From assembly GCA_002794465.1 (NCBI GenBank), contig MTSL01000072.1:1-32000 (forward strand): 32,000 bases of DNA, in the 5' to 3' direction. The translations under genes were made by a program, and so were the position numbers. Shown piece by piece: positions 20,039 to 30,319 of this stretch (position 1 is the stretch's first letter; the number at the start of each line of letters is the position of its first letter). A model generated the notes under the pieces. The model was not told the DNA's origin. It ran no database searches and worked only from the letters and a program-made list of their open reading frames with translations. Source of the stretch: Paramicrosporidium saccamoebae KSL3. Lineage: Eukaryota; Fungi; Cryptomycota.

Positions 20039-21976
20039 TTATAATGGGATGGTTTGGAGCGTTTGAAGGAAACCTTTGAGATCCTCCGACTTGACCTCAA
20101 TCATGGCCGAATCGAAGCCGTCGTGTTTGACTCGAGCGCGTACCATCTGCGCCGCCCGTCGGAACGTAACCCCAAAGCAATTCCTGCTCGATTCTTCGCC
20201 GCCCCCATTGTTGGTCCAGACGACCACCAGGTACGTGTCTGTGAGAGCCTGGAAGGCCGCCAGTAGGAGCGGCGTCTGTGCCCGCTTGGAACCCCGTGTG
20301 GCTTCGGAAAGGAATAAAGTCAGCTTGGTCAACGAGAGGGGGTGGTTGGAGAGCCAAGCCAGATCAGAGCTGTGTCGCAGGACCACATATCGGAATCTCC
20401 TCCCATACCGCAGCAGACGATGCGAGAGTATGGTGGTGGCCTCGTGTAGAATAATCTGCTGCTGCTTCATGGCCAGGTCAATGCCACGCTTCAGCTTTTC
20501 TATGTGCTGACTACGACAATTAGAACAAAGATTGCCAGTACTAGTCTAATGCATCAAATGCATAATAAAAATTCTTCACCCAAATAGGAGACGCATCCTC
20601 CACTGGATCATTTCCACTCAGGTTGCAGTACTCTATGGCACTATACGGTGCCTCTATGAGTGCCATCAGCGAGTAGACGGCATCGCTTGCAGACAGTCGC
20701 ATCACAAAACCAAAATCGCGAAGGAACGAGGGGATGGAAACATCGTTTATGCCAAACTCGGCGGCATGTTTGCTGATCCGGGATGGAAGAGACTCTTTGA
20801 GATCAACTTCCATGGAAGAGTAATCAATTTTACATTGGGCCAGGGGCACGCCCATCTTGACAATAAATGTCTCCAGCAGACGACGGCCCTTGTCTCTCCA
20901 GACGCCCAGCCGTGTCGCCATGTACCGAGAATGCAACATGCTGTTGAACAGTGTCCAATGTCGGGTCAACATGAATCGAAATTCGGGCTCATATCGTATC
21001 CGGCCATCCCGATTTGCAAAATCATCGGGGGCTCCACCTGAATCACGGTTTAGCAATAAGCAGCGTTCGCGCAGATATGTAATCTCTGCTTCGTATGCAT
21101 CCTTCCCGGTCAGCTCCATTATATGCTGTCCCGTCACCCCCAATATGGAACACCACAAATGGTCATTGCAGTTTCTGTTGAGAGAATCTGAAATGTCAAA
21201 AATTAATCGAGAAACAGAGGTCCCATAGTAGGATCCTTCTCGATAGTAGTCAAAGTACTTTTGTCGACAGGCCTCTCGATATTGCCGTTTTGATTCCTTA
21301 CTGATTGTTCGGACAGAAATATTACCGTCGTCTTTGTTTTCGTCAGCCTCATTACCATCTTCATCACCACTATTCTCATTGGCAATCTCCTCGGGATCCT
21401 CATCACTTTCTGACTCACTGGACGGCTCCGTGCCAAACTATACCAATTAGTTACTAGAATAGTGCAACCTTTGTAGCCTCAAAGGCCTGCTCTAAATCTA
21501 TCAAATTCTCTTCAATAAATCCATCATCAAAAATGACAAGTTGGCTGTTGCTGAAAATGTTAAAGAGTGAATATGGCCGATGACTATCCAGGACATATAT
21601 TGTCATCTCTGGGGAAACGGAGAGCAGTTCGGCTAAATCAACCGTTGCCCCACAATCGATCATGACCACTGATCTAATCTACAGACGTCATCAACTTATA
21701 GATGCCATACCTCATCTTTGCCCTGGAGGAAATTGTCATTCGCCTTGACAATGTCATCATAACCTGCCACCGGGACAACCTTGAACGGCACAAAATCGCA
21801 CTTTAGCAACTCCTACCTATTAAGCACGTCCTTCAAGGTACGGTGAGAATTCGAAGGGCACAAAGAGCGTCGACTGTGGGCGCGACAAGGATGAGGACGG
21901 AGCAGGTGCGCCCAGCAGCGTCCCTTTTGATGCGATGGTAGGCGGTGATTAGCTCGGGACGGCAGAGGTGGCCCAT
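20039..21976 (-). CDS. CDC45: Replication initiation factor CDC45, 604 aa, 5 exons
   Basis: VDALCALRIL, VMIDCGAT, VLDSHRP and LTRHWTLFNSM. Introns at 21813-21841, 21679-21710, 21438-21468 and 20511-20541 all restore the frame. Confidence 0.95.
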
Positions 21977-22138
21977 GCTGCGGGGTAAAAGGACTACTGA
22001 GAAGGGAACAGCCGTCCGCTGGGCCGATAAGAAACGAGAATAATTGCGGATATTTCATGCGCGCCCTCGGTGCAACCAATCAGGCCATCCTACACCAATT
22101 CTACTCAAAGACTCGGTTGAACAGGTTTATTCTAAGGG

Positions 22139-23805
22139 CTATGGGAGACATTGGAGTCGTGACATCAAGATCGCATCGCCCATTGCCTTGACCTCCCACT
22201 CGTATCTCATCGGGAACTGCGCCTTGAGTGTCGGAAAAGCCAAATAGGATTGTCCCACCTCACGCACCACTGGAACCTGATATAGATGAGATCCAGGAGT
22301 GCTTCCCATATATGAATACACATTCCGGCGATAAGTTGAGGCGCCGGCAGTAAGGGCCTCCAATTGGCGCACATCGGCGACCGTCATATAAGAGATTTGA
22401 AAGTGTCGTGGGGTTGTGTCAGCGGGATCGATGGTCTGGTAGGAGAGATAGAAGCGATTGTCCCAAAGAAACGATTCTCCCGCACGCAGAGTGACGTCAA
22501 TGGCACGGAAGGCTGCCTTTTGATTGTCGATCCGGGTGGGCGGCTCGCGCTGCACAAGAAAGACAGTGCCGTACTTTAATTTCCGACTTGCGGTTCGGTT
22601 GACATTGTCCAGGCGACGCAGTCCATCGGTGCGGGACATTGGATAAAAGACGGCTCCGCCCATTGTAGCTTGGGTGGATACGGCACGTCGAGTCAGGTCA
22701 AATGGCTGCAAGTCGGTCATTCCCGTCCGTTTCGCAACCTGGTTAACGAGCTTTCGCTGATCCTCCCGATACGCTTCGAATGCAGCTAGAAGATGTCTCC
22801 TGATGGACACGAGACGAGACGTCTTGAGCCCAGTGGGACGGGCACCTGCATAGGACGCAAGAAGAGAGATTACACGGGTCGCTAGGGGCTGATTGGAAAG
22901 CCATTTGTTGTTATTCAGAACAAGCGTTACATCGCCGTTCCGTCGGTTTATGGCTACGGAATTGTTGATTATTGGGACTACTTCCTGATGCATATCACAG
23001 CGGATCTGCTTGAAAAACTGCAGTGCTTCCTGCAGCCGCTCCAAACTAGTGAATCCTTGTGATTGCAGCGTTGAAAGCACACCCTGCAGGGCGTTTCTAC
23101 TAAAGTCGCGATCCTCATTGCTTTGGTCTCGGTTAATTTGCAGTCCTAATTCTTCACACGTCCTGTGGAGGCGCTCCTTGGGCACTTCCAATAACGGATG
23201 TCCTACGAAATGCTCTCCTGCATGTCGATCGACGATGGGAAATGTATTAATAGACTTCATCCCTGCCAGTCCGTCGGTTCCGCTGCCGTGGGACATGCGA
23301 TACATCATTGTCACAATGTCGTCATCCAGATTGTGTCCCGTCAGCATTAGTCTGATTCCGTTCTTGCGGCACGCCTCCAGAAGCGCCCTATGACGTCGCT
23401 CACGGAGACACTCTAGCATCTGTCCTTTGGTCATCTTTTCCAATTCTTCTGGTTCCCATTGCATCCGCATGATTTCGCCGTCCACATCCAACGATTTTAG
23501 TGTCGACTGTATCTGTATCTCGTCCTCGGTGACGCCGGGAAAATTATGCTGTACAAATACGGCCATTATTTGTTCCTTTGGATACAGTTTTCGGGAAAGA
23601 GCCAGCAATGCCAGGCTATCCGCTCCCCCCGACAATGCCACTCCAATCCGTCCGACACCAATCAAACCTACGGGTTAGCATGCATAAGAGTTGTACGAGA
23701 GACTTGGGGACCAGCCTTTCTCATCATTTTTTGCATACAACTCCGGAACTCTTCCACACTAACAGCGGCTACAGGTCTCGCTCCCTTTAACATGGCGGAC
23801 TGCAT
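22139..23805 (-). CDS. tilS: tRNA(Ile)-lysidine synthase-like PP-loop ATPase, 545 aa, 2 exons
   Basis: VALSGGADSLAL, GHNLDD..T...R..HGSG..GL.GM, PLL, DQSNED..F.RN and a late WDNRF. Intron at 23668-23696. The start is 23805 or 23793. Confidence 0.8.
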
Positions 23806-23879
23806 TCCAAAAAGGAAACGCCCGTGAGTGTATCTAAGGCCAGGGATAAAATATCTCTCAGTGATTGTGAGCTAGTATC

Positions 23880-23966
23880 AACAGATTCCTAATAAGGAGT
23901 GTTTCATTAATTGTGAGAGTATATAAACAGCTACCTAATAAGGGGTGTTTCAGTAATTGTGAGTAT
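23880..23966. repeat. 46-bp imperfect direct repeat, 2 copies
   Basis: aacagattcctaataaggagtgtttcattaattgtgag... at 23880 and aacagctacctaataaggggtgtttcagtaattgtgag... at 23926. Confidence 0.85.
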
Positions 23967-24047
23967 TGTGTGCACTGTGTGTATTGTGTGTATTGTGAGT
24001 ATCGTGTATATCGTGTATATCGTACATGTCGTGTGTATCGTATGTAA
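23958..24047. repeat. 9-bp minisatellite, 10 degenerate units
   Basis: tgtgagtat tgtgtgcac tgtgtgtat tgtgtgtat tgtgagtat cgtgtatat cgtgtatat cgtacatgt cgtgtgtat cgtatgtaa. Confidence 0.9.
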
Positions 24048-24073
24048 CGGACCAGATTCAAGAAAATTTGGAT

Positions 24074-26416
24074 TTATTGAAGAAAAGCGACGGAAGAATA
24101 CAGAATGGAGCGGACCGAGTAATATTCAGAACAGAGAGGTCCTTCCAGAGTGAGGGCCCCGCTGGCGTCCCTCCGGATAACCACTCGCCGTTCATCTACA
24201 CCACAGACCAGATCACCACTGTCAAAGACTGCAGGAATCTTTAATTCGTTCTGTATAAGTCGTCGCATCTCGCTGAGACGAGGGTCACCTATCATTATTG
24301 GGCTGGATTTGGATTCTACAGCGGTGAGGACAATCATGGCTGTGGCCCGTTTGGCACGAGGTTCCTCATCCACTTCACCGTCTTCGGGAATCTTTACCGC
24401 ACCTCTTACCCAAGCCAATTCGTACTCTCCAAGAAGCTGCAGTTGCAATTGGGAAATGAGCGATTCTGACAAAATGGCCTGCATCACATTCACTGCCGAT
24501 GATACAGTAACCGTTTCCATTAAACTTGGTGCAAAGATTTCCATGGTCCGGCTAGCAGTGGTTTGTTGGAAATGATTCAGCAAATAGTCGGTTGATTCGG
24601 GAGAGCCTCCTACGAGCAAAAGACGACGCGGCTGTACACGAGAATAGATGGTCTTTAGGGAGCGACCATCCGAAACTCCAGAGAAATCAACAAACTTTCG
24701 TGTGCTTTTGACAGCCACCTCGGAGGTTCGGGTGAGCCATTTCATTGGGATTGCGGGCTTCTTTTCCGGCTCTGGAATGGGAGCAATTGCCTGGATCAAT
24801 GGAGTTACAGGCACCGTAGCTTCTGTGGCTGAGCTGCTTACTTTCGGCCTGAAATCTGCGGGATCGACAAATTCGCCGTATGCATCAGACAGGTGTCGCG
24901 TCTCCCTAAATGGAAACACTTGGTGACGAAGTGGCACTCCCGACGGCAACATGGCCATATCGGGGGGAATCATGGGGTAGAATGGCGAGTTTATGGGTGA
25001 TGGAAGTACTTCTTGATTGACAAACCAATCTTGTCGGTAATCAGTCCAGTAGAAATTCTGCAAGGCAGCAGCACTGTTAATCTGTTCCTGTTCCAATTTC
25101 TTGGCCTGACCGGCGGCCTCTGTCTCTCCAACCTCTGTCTCCTCTTCACTTTCTGTTTCGTCTTCACGCTGGCGTTGCAATTGAGCAAAAGCAGCTTCGG
25201 CCGCTTCCAACTCGGTTGCTTCCCGCTCAGCCTCGCGGAACGTTTGTAATTCGTCGCCCTCCAAGGGCACTTGTTCGGAAAATGTAACAACAATATTGGT
25301 TCCCTTTGAACACGACAAAACCTTGGCAGCCATTGATTCGGCATCTGATTTCGTGGTAAAGATGACGGCGGAGGAGGACTGCGCCAAAATCTCTGGCAGC
25401 AATGTCAAAGCAAAGCCTGTATCAAGAGAGGACAGACTGGCAATGACCATTTTGGGACCAGCCACCGACGCAACTTGGTCCAGAGAATGAACAATGCGCA
25501 CTGCCCGAAGATCAAAAGGGTTGCTGCGATCCTGTTCAAAGATTTTGGCAAGAGTCTGGCTCGTCCATTCGAGCATTCCCTTGGCCAGATCAACTACTCG
25601 CTGGCTCTGATGAGACAGGAAGAAGACGGGATAGGACACTCTGTTACTCGTCCAATGGCTTTCTACCACCTGAAGAATTTCTAACGAACGTCCTGCCGAA
25701 TCTACTGGAACAAGTACGGTCCCGCCGGCCTTTAGGGATGCCATGGCTGCCTCAACAAAATCTGAATCGCGTTGTTTCCTGGCAGAGTGCACTTCCAACG
25801 CACCTTTGGCGTCGGCAATCAGCAACGACGGCCTCTGCACACAGTCCAATGCCGCTCCATCCAAATGAGCCTCTTTTTTGTGGTTAAAATCGACTGCATA
25901 GAAAATCTCTTCGGAATGTCTCCGTATCCTCCAGATTGCGCCTCCGAGGGTGTGGCCTGCCGAGACGGGAGTCACTTGGATGCCTGCTGTTGTGAAGGAC
26001 TGCGAGTAGCGCAGCATGGTGATCCGCTCAAAGGCAGTATCAATTTCGTCTAGAGACACTGCGGGTGCAGTGCCCGTTGCTTGATAGTGCGATTGGTAGG
26101 CGTCATAGAGAGTGACTAGACCCAGGTGGTGGACGGGCACAGTGGCAAGGACTGGACAGCTTAGCTCCATCATGGCAAGAAGCTGGGGAAGGGCACCACA
26201 ATGCTCCAAGTCACCATGGGAGAGCAGGATAAGGTCGAGGTGGCGGGTCAGTTTCTTCAAAGCATGCAGATGGGAGACCGAGAAGGAGGGAGTGCCACCC
26301 ACATCAAGAAGGATGCGTGCCTGGTCAATTTCAAGCAAATAGCATGACGGTGCAAATTCCTGACGACAGCCACTAATTGGAGTGACCTTGACAATGGCAG
26401 TGGAGACATCCCCCAT
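24074..26416 (-). CDS. CFT2: Cleavage and polyadenylation specificity factor subunit 2 (CPSF100), about 780 aa
   Basis: CYLLEIDQARILLDVG, SAGHTLGGAIWRI, YAVDFNHKKEAHL and DFSGVSDGRSLK. An inactive-type metallo-beta-lactamase/beta-CASP. Start chosen at MGDVS. Confidence 0.94.
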   Translation of the reverse strand: MGDVSTAIVKVTPISGCRQEFAPSCYLLEIDQARILLDVGGTPSFSVSHLHALKKLTRHLDLILLSHGDLEHCGALPQLLAMMELSCPVLATVPVHHLGLVTLYDAYQSHYQATGTAPAVSLDEIDTAFERITMLRYSQSFTTAGIQVTPVSAGHTLGGAIWRIRRHSEEIFYAVDFNHKKEAHLDGAALDCVQRPSLLIADAKGALEVHSARKQRDSDFVEAAMASLKAGGTVLVPVDSAGRSLEILQVVESHWTSNRVSYPVFFLSHQSQRVVDLAKGMLEWTSQTLAKIFEQDRSNPFDLRAVRIVHSLDQVASVAGPKMVIASLSSLDTGFALTLLPEILAQSSSAVIFTTKSDAESMAAKVLSCSKGTNIVVTFSEQVPLEGDELQTFREAEREATELEAAEAAFAQLQRQREDETESEEETEVGETEAAGQAKKLEQEQINSAAALQNFYWTDYRQDWFVNQEVLPSPINSPFYPMIPPDMAMLPSGVPLRHQVFPFRETRHLSDAYGEFVDPADFRPKVSSSATEATVPVTPLIQAIAPIPEPEKKPAIPMKWLTRTSEVAVKSTRKFVDFSGVSDGRSLKTIYSRVQPRRLLLVGGSPESTDYLLNHFQQTTASRTMEIFAPSLMETVTVSSAVNVMQAILSESLISQLQLQLLGEYELAWVRGAVKIPEDGEVDEEPRAKRATAMIVLTAVESKSSPIMIGDPRLSEMRRLIQNELKIPAVFDSGDLVCGVDERRVVIRRDASGALTLEGPLCSEYYSVRSILYSSVAFLQ

Positions 26417-26425
26417 CTTAACAGT

Positions 26426-26443
26426 GAGGCCAGGCCTGGTCTC
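26426..26443. promoter_or_regulatory. 18-bp near-palindrome between divergent CPSF2 and CSL4
   Basis: gaggccaggcctggtctc has 8 of 9 Watson-Crick pairs and a perfect core ccaggcctgg. It sits in the middle of the 33-bp ATG-to-ATG gap. Function is inferred. Confidence 0.45.
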
Positions 26444-26449
26444 CTTGTC

Positions 26450-27022
26450 ATGCAAGTGCTTCCGGGTTCCTTACTACAAGTGACAGGTGATGTGGAGCTT
26501 GGTGAGGGACTATACCGCCGAAACGGATGCATCTACGCTTCCCGTGTGGGCACTGTTGCCACGGTTGACGACAAGCTGCTCCAAGTAACAAGTCGTCGCA
26601 CCAACCACTCACTCCTTCCCTCCATCGGCCAAACAATAATTGGTACCGTCACCCGTCTCACCACTCGTTACGTGGGCATTGATATTTCTGTGCTAGAAAC
26701 CACTCCTCCCGTCTACCTTGAGGAGCCCTTTAAGGGAACACTGAGGGGACAGGATATATGGCCACCAGAGGATAAGGAGGCACCCACGCAGATGAACTTG
26801 GCAATGAGGCCAGGCGATCTAGTAAGGGCGCGGATCATTGGAGTAGGAGATGCTAGTGCGGGATTCCTGCTGTCAACAGCCATAGATGAGACGCTGGGAG
26901 TAGTGTTTTCTAAGTGTGCATCCACGGGCGAGCCCTTGGTGCCAATATCCTGGAACGAAATGGTGTGCTCCAAAACGGGAATTAAAGAGCATCGCAAACC
27001 TGCCAAGCCCTCAAATAAATAA
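26450..27022 (+). CDS. CSL4: Exosome cap subunit CSL4/EXOSC1
   Basis: VLPG..L...GEGLY, PSIG..IIG.VTR, FKGTLRGQDI, MRPGDLVRARII, LST...LGVVFSKC and KEHRKPAKP. Confidence 0.92.
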   Translation: MQVLPGSLLQVTGDVELGEGLYRRNGCIYASRVGTVATVDDKLLQVTSRRTNHSLLPSIGQTIIGTVTRLTTRYVGIDISVLETTPPVYLEEPFKGTLRGQDIWPPEDKEAPTQMNLAMRPGDLVRARIIGVGDASAGFLLSTAIDETLGVVFSKCASTGEPLVPISWNEMVCSKTGIKEHRKPAKPSNK

Positions 27023-27294
27023 TTCCGTGTACCACCCACTGTTGCATCGATGTATACTCTGACAATAGCCATCTATTTATTTGGCGTCGATACAAACTCT
27101 CATTACAATGGGAATTATATTGTTATGTGGCGAGGAAGGTGCTAATACATGGGTACATAAGAGTATTAATCGTCCTATTTCTCGTCTTTCGCCTCTGATT
27201 CTTCTTTCCACATTTGGTTTACCAAATATCACCCAGATGATCATTCTATAACTCTATACAACTACCAGACTCACTGATTAGGACATTATTGATA

Positions 27295-27346
27295 ATTCTA
27301 TTTACTGATGGTCACTGCCTGGATTCTATTTACTAATGGTTACTGC
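27295..27346 (-). repeat. 28-bp-period tandem duplication of the UTP22 C-terminal codons and stop
   Basis: Minus strand reads GCAGTAACCATTAGTAAATAGAATCCAG, then GCAGTGACCATCAGTAAATAGAAT. Both encode AVTISK*. Confidence 0.9.
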
Positions 27347-30319
27347 ACTTATTAGATCACCACCAATCTTTCTGATGACGCTTGCAGTGTAGTCCTTGTC
27401 CAACGTCTCGTCAACAGCCACACCGATAAACTCGTCTCCTCGGTAAAAAGTGGCTTCGGGAAGTGACTTTTCCAAATCGGCAATCAACAACTCGTAAGCA
27501 TCAAAGCCAGGTAGGGCACGAAGGAATCTGGCCTCAGAGGAACCATTCGTAATCACGGCAGCTATTCTCTTGGTGGGTCTCTCAAGGTCGGCCAGAGTTA
27601 TGATGAGATTAAACCGAGAAGGGGAAGGCCGGAACATGATGCACATGTCTTGTTCGTCGTTGCCGAGGAGGTTCAATGTCGCCCCAGCGAGTTGTTGCAA
27701 ATGTCCCAATTCTTGAACAGTGAGCTTGGACATTGTAGACCAGATGCAGACAGATCCATCCGTTTCGTAGGATGGAGCAATCCAAAGGGCTGGACGATCA
27801 GAAGCGTCCGAATAAGCCATCTCAGCCTTTTCCCAAGACTTGGAATCGGTTCTCTCAAAATCAACCAACAATGGAGCCCTATCCCATGTATGCCGCATCA
27901 GCAGGGTCAGTACTGCTGCAAACCCTGTAACCACAGAATTAGGGGGAGAGTCGCGCAGGAAGACGTACGCACAGAGCAGCTCGCATAATTCCTCTCCCAC
28001 CTGGCCGAAATACATTTGAGATGCCAGCCATTTCTTGAACAACCTGCACGTCGGCGCAAAGACTGAGTCTCCAAGCGCAAGTGCACCGATCATCCTGGCA
28101 TGTTTTGGCATCTGCTCATTTCGTCGTTCTACAATCCGAGTGTCCAGTCCGTGGAAGGCCATTAATTGGACTTCTGATTCATGATGTATGTAGCATCTGA
28201 ATACAAAGCCTCCCGAAAGCACATCGAAAAATTCAGAGGACATGCTGCATTGTAGGCCAAAGTGATCGGAGAGGTGACGACAAATTTGAACTGCAAAGGC
28301 TTGCTTGGCGTATTTCAATCCGTAGAACTCGTCGGGCCAGCGGGTACTCCCCTCAAGATATACGAGGAGCTCTACAACGGCTCGCTGGGGAGGGAGAGTC
28401 CCCTTATTGGGGAATAAATCATTGTCCTCGATTGCTTCAGGCGGGGCGATACAGGTCAATCTCCCAGTTGTGCTGATGGTTTCACAACGGGAGATGGACA
28501 ATGGTAAGCTTGCAATGGACCGCATGGTCTTGGTAAAATGCTGCAGTGCATCCTGTAAAGGAGCAAACACAGCATTTGAAGACCAGGCAAAGTCAAGTGC
28601 CATATCGACGCATGACATTGAGTCGGTCTGGAAATGCTTGGAGATTACAAAGTCGACAATATCTGGACAGACGTGATGACGGCATTCTCTCATCTTGTCC
28701 CATGCGACAGCTTCCCGAATAGAACCATCTTGGAACCGACGCAACTCTGATCGTTCCTGCCAGAAATGTCTAAACTGCTTTACACCCTCAACATTGTCGG
28801 CCAGCGGCCCCAATTCGACAATCCTCTGGCATTCATCGCGATTGAAGATGAGGCCTATCCCAATGGAATCCACTGGAGATGCGAGCATCGAATTCAAAGA
28901 CACAGAGGGGGATGCTGTGGAATGAACAAAAATATGCTTGGCTCTTGAATTCAGTCCATACGCCAGCTTTTTGGAAATCATCTTGACACGGGCAATCTCG
29001 GGCACAAATTGGCCGAGATAATGTTGAATATTGGCTTGTACATCTGGCATCCATGTGAAATCCGACACCCGGTAGTAGGCATCGTATCTGGCCACCGTGC
29101 TATCAGGGAGTAAGAAGAGCGAGTTAAAGTCCGGGCTAGGCTGGTTGAGACAATACAGCGCCTGCTGGGCATCATGGGTCACTTCAATTGCAACTTCGGC
29201 AGTCCAGTCAAAGAGAATGTTCATCCCCATGATGGGTTCCACTAGACATGCTGCAAACGCAGTACTATAGACAGAAGATGCAAAATCTTCCGGATGGGGA
29301 GTATCAAGTTGCGCCATGAATATGGGTTTCGTCCAATCCGTCTCGCTGAGCAGCGACATTACTGCTTTGAATATTTGCATATCGCTCATGTCGGTGCTTA
29401 TGCGCCCATTTTTGGCGAGGAAGATGCAGAACATGGTGAATTGGAAGCCTGAAAAATGGAAATTATGGCTCGGATAGCCGCGTTGCTGTGCCCAAGCCTT
29501 TCCGAGTTTGATGGCATCCCTTAGGGCAGGATATTTTTTGCATTCCGTGTGGATCAGTTTCAAGTGCGACACCATGGTCATTTCTGATTGCAAAAGCGAG
29601 TTATATACTGGCGTTGGTGGTTCTGCAGTTCCCTCAAGTTCAAGACTCCTCTTGGGCTGCTGGGCATCTTCAGAACCCAGAAACGCTCCCCTCCGGACGA
29701 GGTTTTTGCTAGGTGAGAATCTGTGCGTCTTGAAGAATCCCGACGGCAGCGATGCATGGATACAAAGCTCCATGTCGCAGTTCTTTGGTTTGACTATGAG
29801 TAGTGGCTTCAGGACATGTCCACGATATGATTTCCATCCAAAAACGGCACCTTGCAGTTCGGGCATTTTTTGTAGACACTCGGCAAGTTTGGCCAAATAG
29901 AATGCGCGCTTCAGAAAATAACGATAATTAACCTCGTCACGCTCCTCTAGCAGCTCCTTGGGGATTCCAACAGAAATGTCTACATTGGCAGGTGACACCA
30001 TTGTCTCTAACAGCATGCTCCCAACCACCGTCACGTTGGTGGGCGGCATGACGGCAAACCTTAGTTTCTCGCGCTCTGGGGACCCCACTTTGGGCAGACC
30101 GACGAAGGGGACGCGTATCTTTTGCTGCTTTGACCATTGAAGGACATCTTCCACCTACAAAATCAGAGCTGTGGATCAGATTACCGAAAGACTAGAAACT
30201 GCCACAAGCTTTTCTATATTCTCCTTGATCGCATGCAAAAGATCCGAGACTGCCTTGCTGCTTGGTTTGGTCAACTTTTCCGCGTCTCGACCAGACTTTG
30301 TCCTTTTCCCTGAACTCAT
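27326..30319 (-). CDS. UTP22: U3 snoRNP-associated Nrap protein UTP22/NOL6, about 987 aa
   Basis: NYRYFLKRAFYLA, FRHFWQERSELRRFQDGSIREAVAW, LEGSTRWPD and RLFKKWLASQM. A 30-nt intron at 30155-30184. The start (30319 or 30442) is uncertain. Confidence 0.9.

Noticed and set aside
21813-22079. 88-aa minus-strand ORF
   Set aside because: Alternative frame over CDC45 exon 1. The frame starting at 21976 carries the CDC45 motifs.
22139-23805. TilS as a recent bacterial transfer or contamination
   Set aside because: It has a typical 29-nt intron and sits among eukaryotic genes, and nuclear-encoded TilS homologs are known in other fungi.
23858-24061. 67-aa ORF with RYT/QYT tripeptide repeats (and the opposite-strand ORF 23959-24153)
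   Set aside because: A by-product of a 9-bp repeat that has no stops in some frames. No other coding evidence.
26417-26455. CPSF2 start at 26455 overlapping the CSL4 start
   Set aside because: The extra 13 residues resemble nothing, and CPSF2 homology begins just after MGDVS. It cannot be excluded without TSS data.
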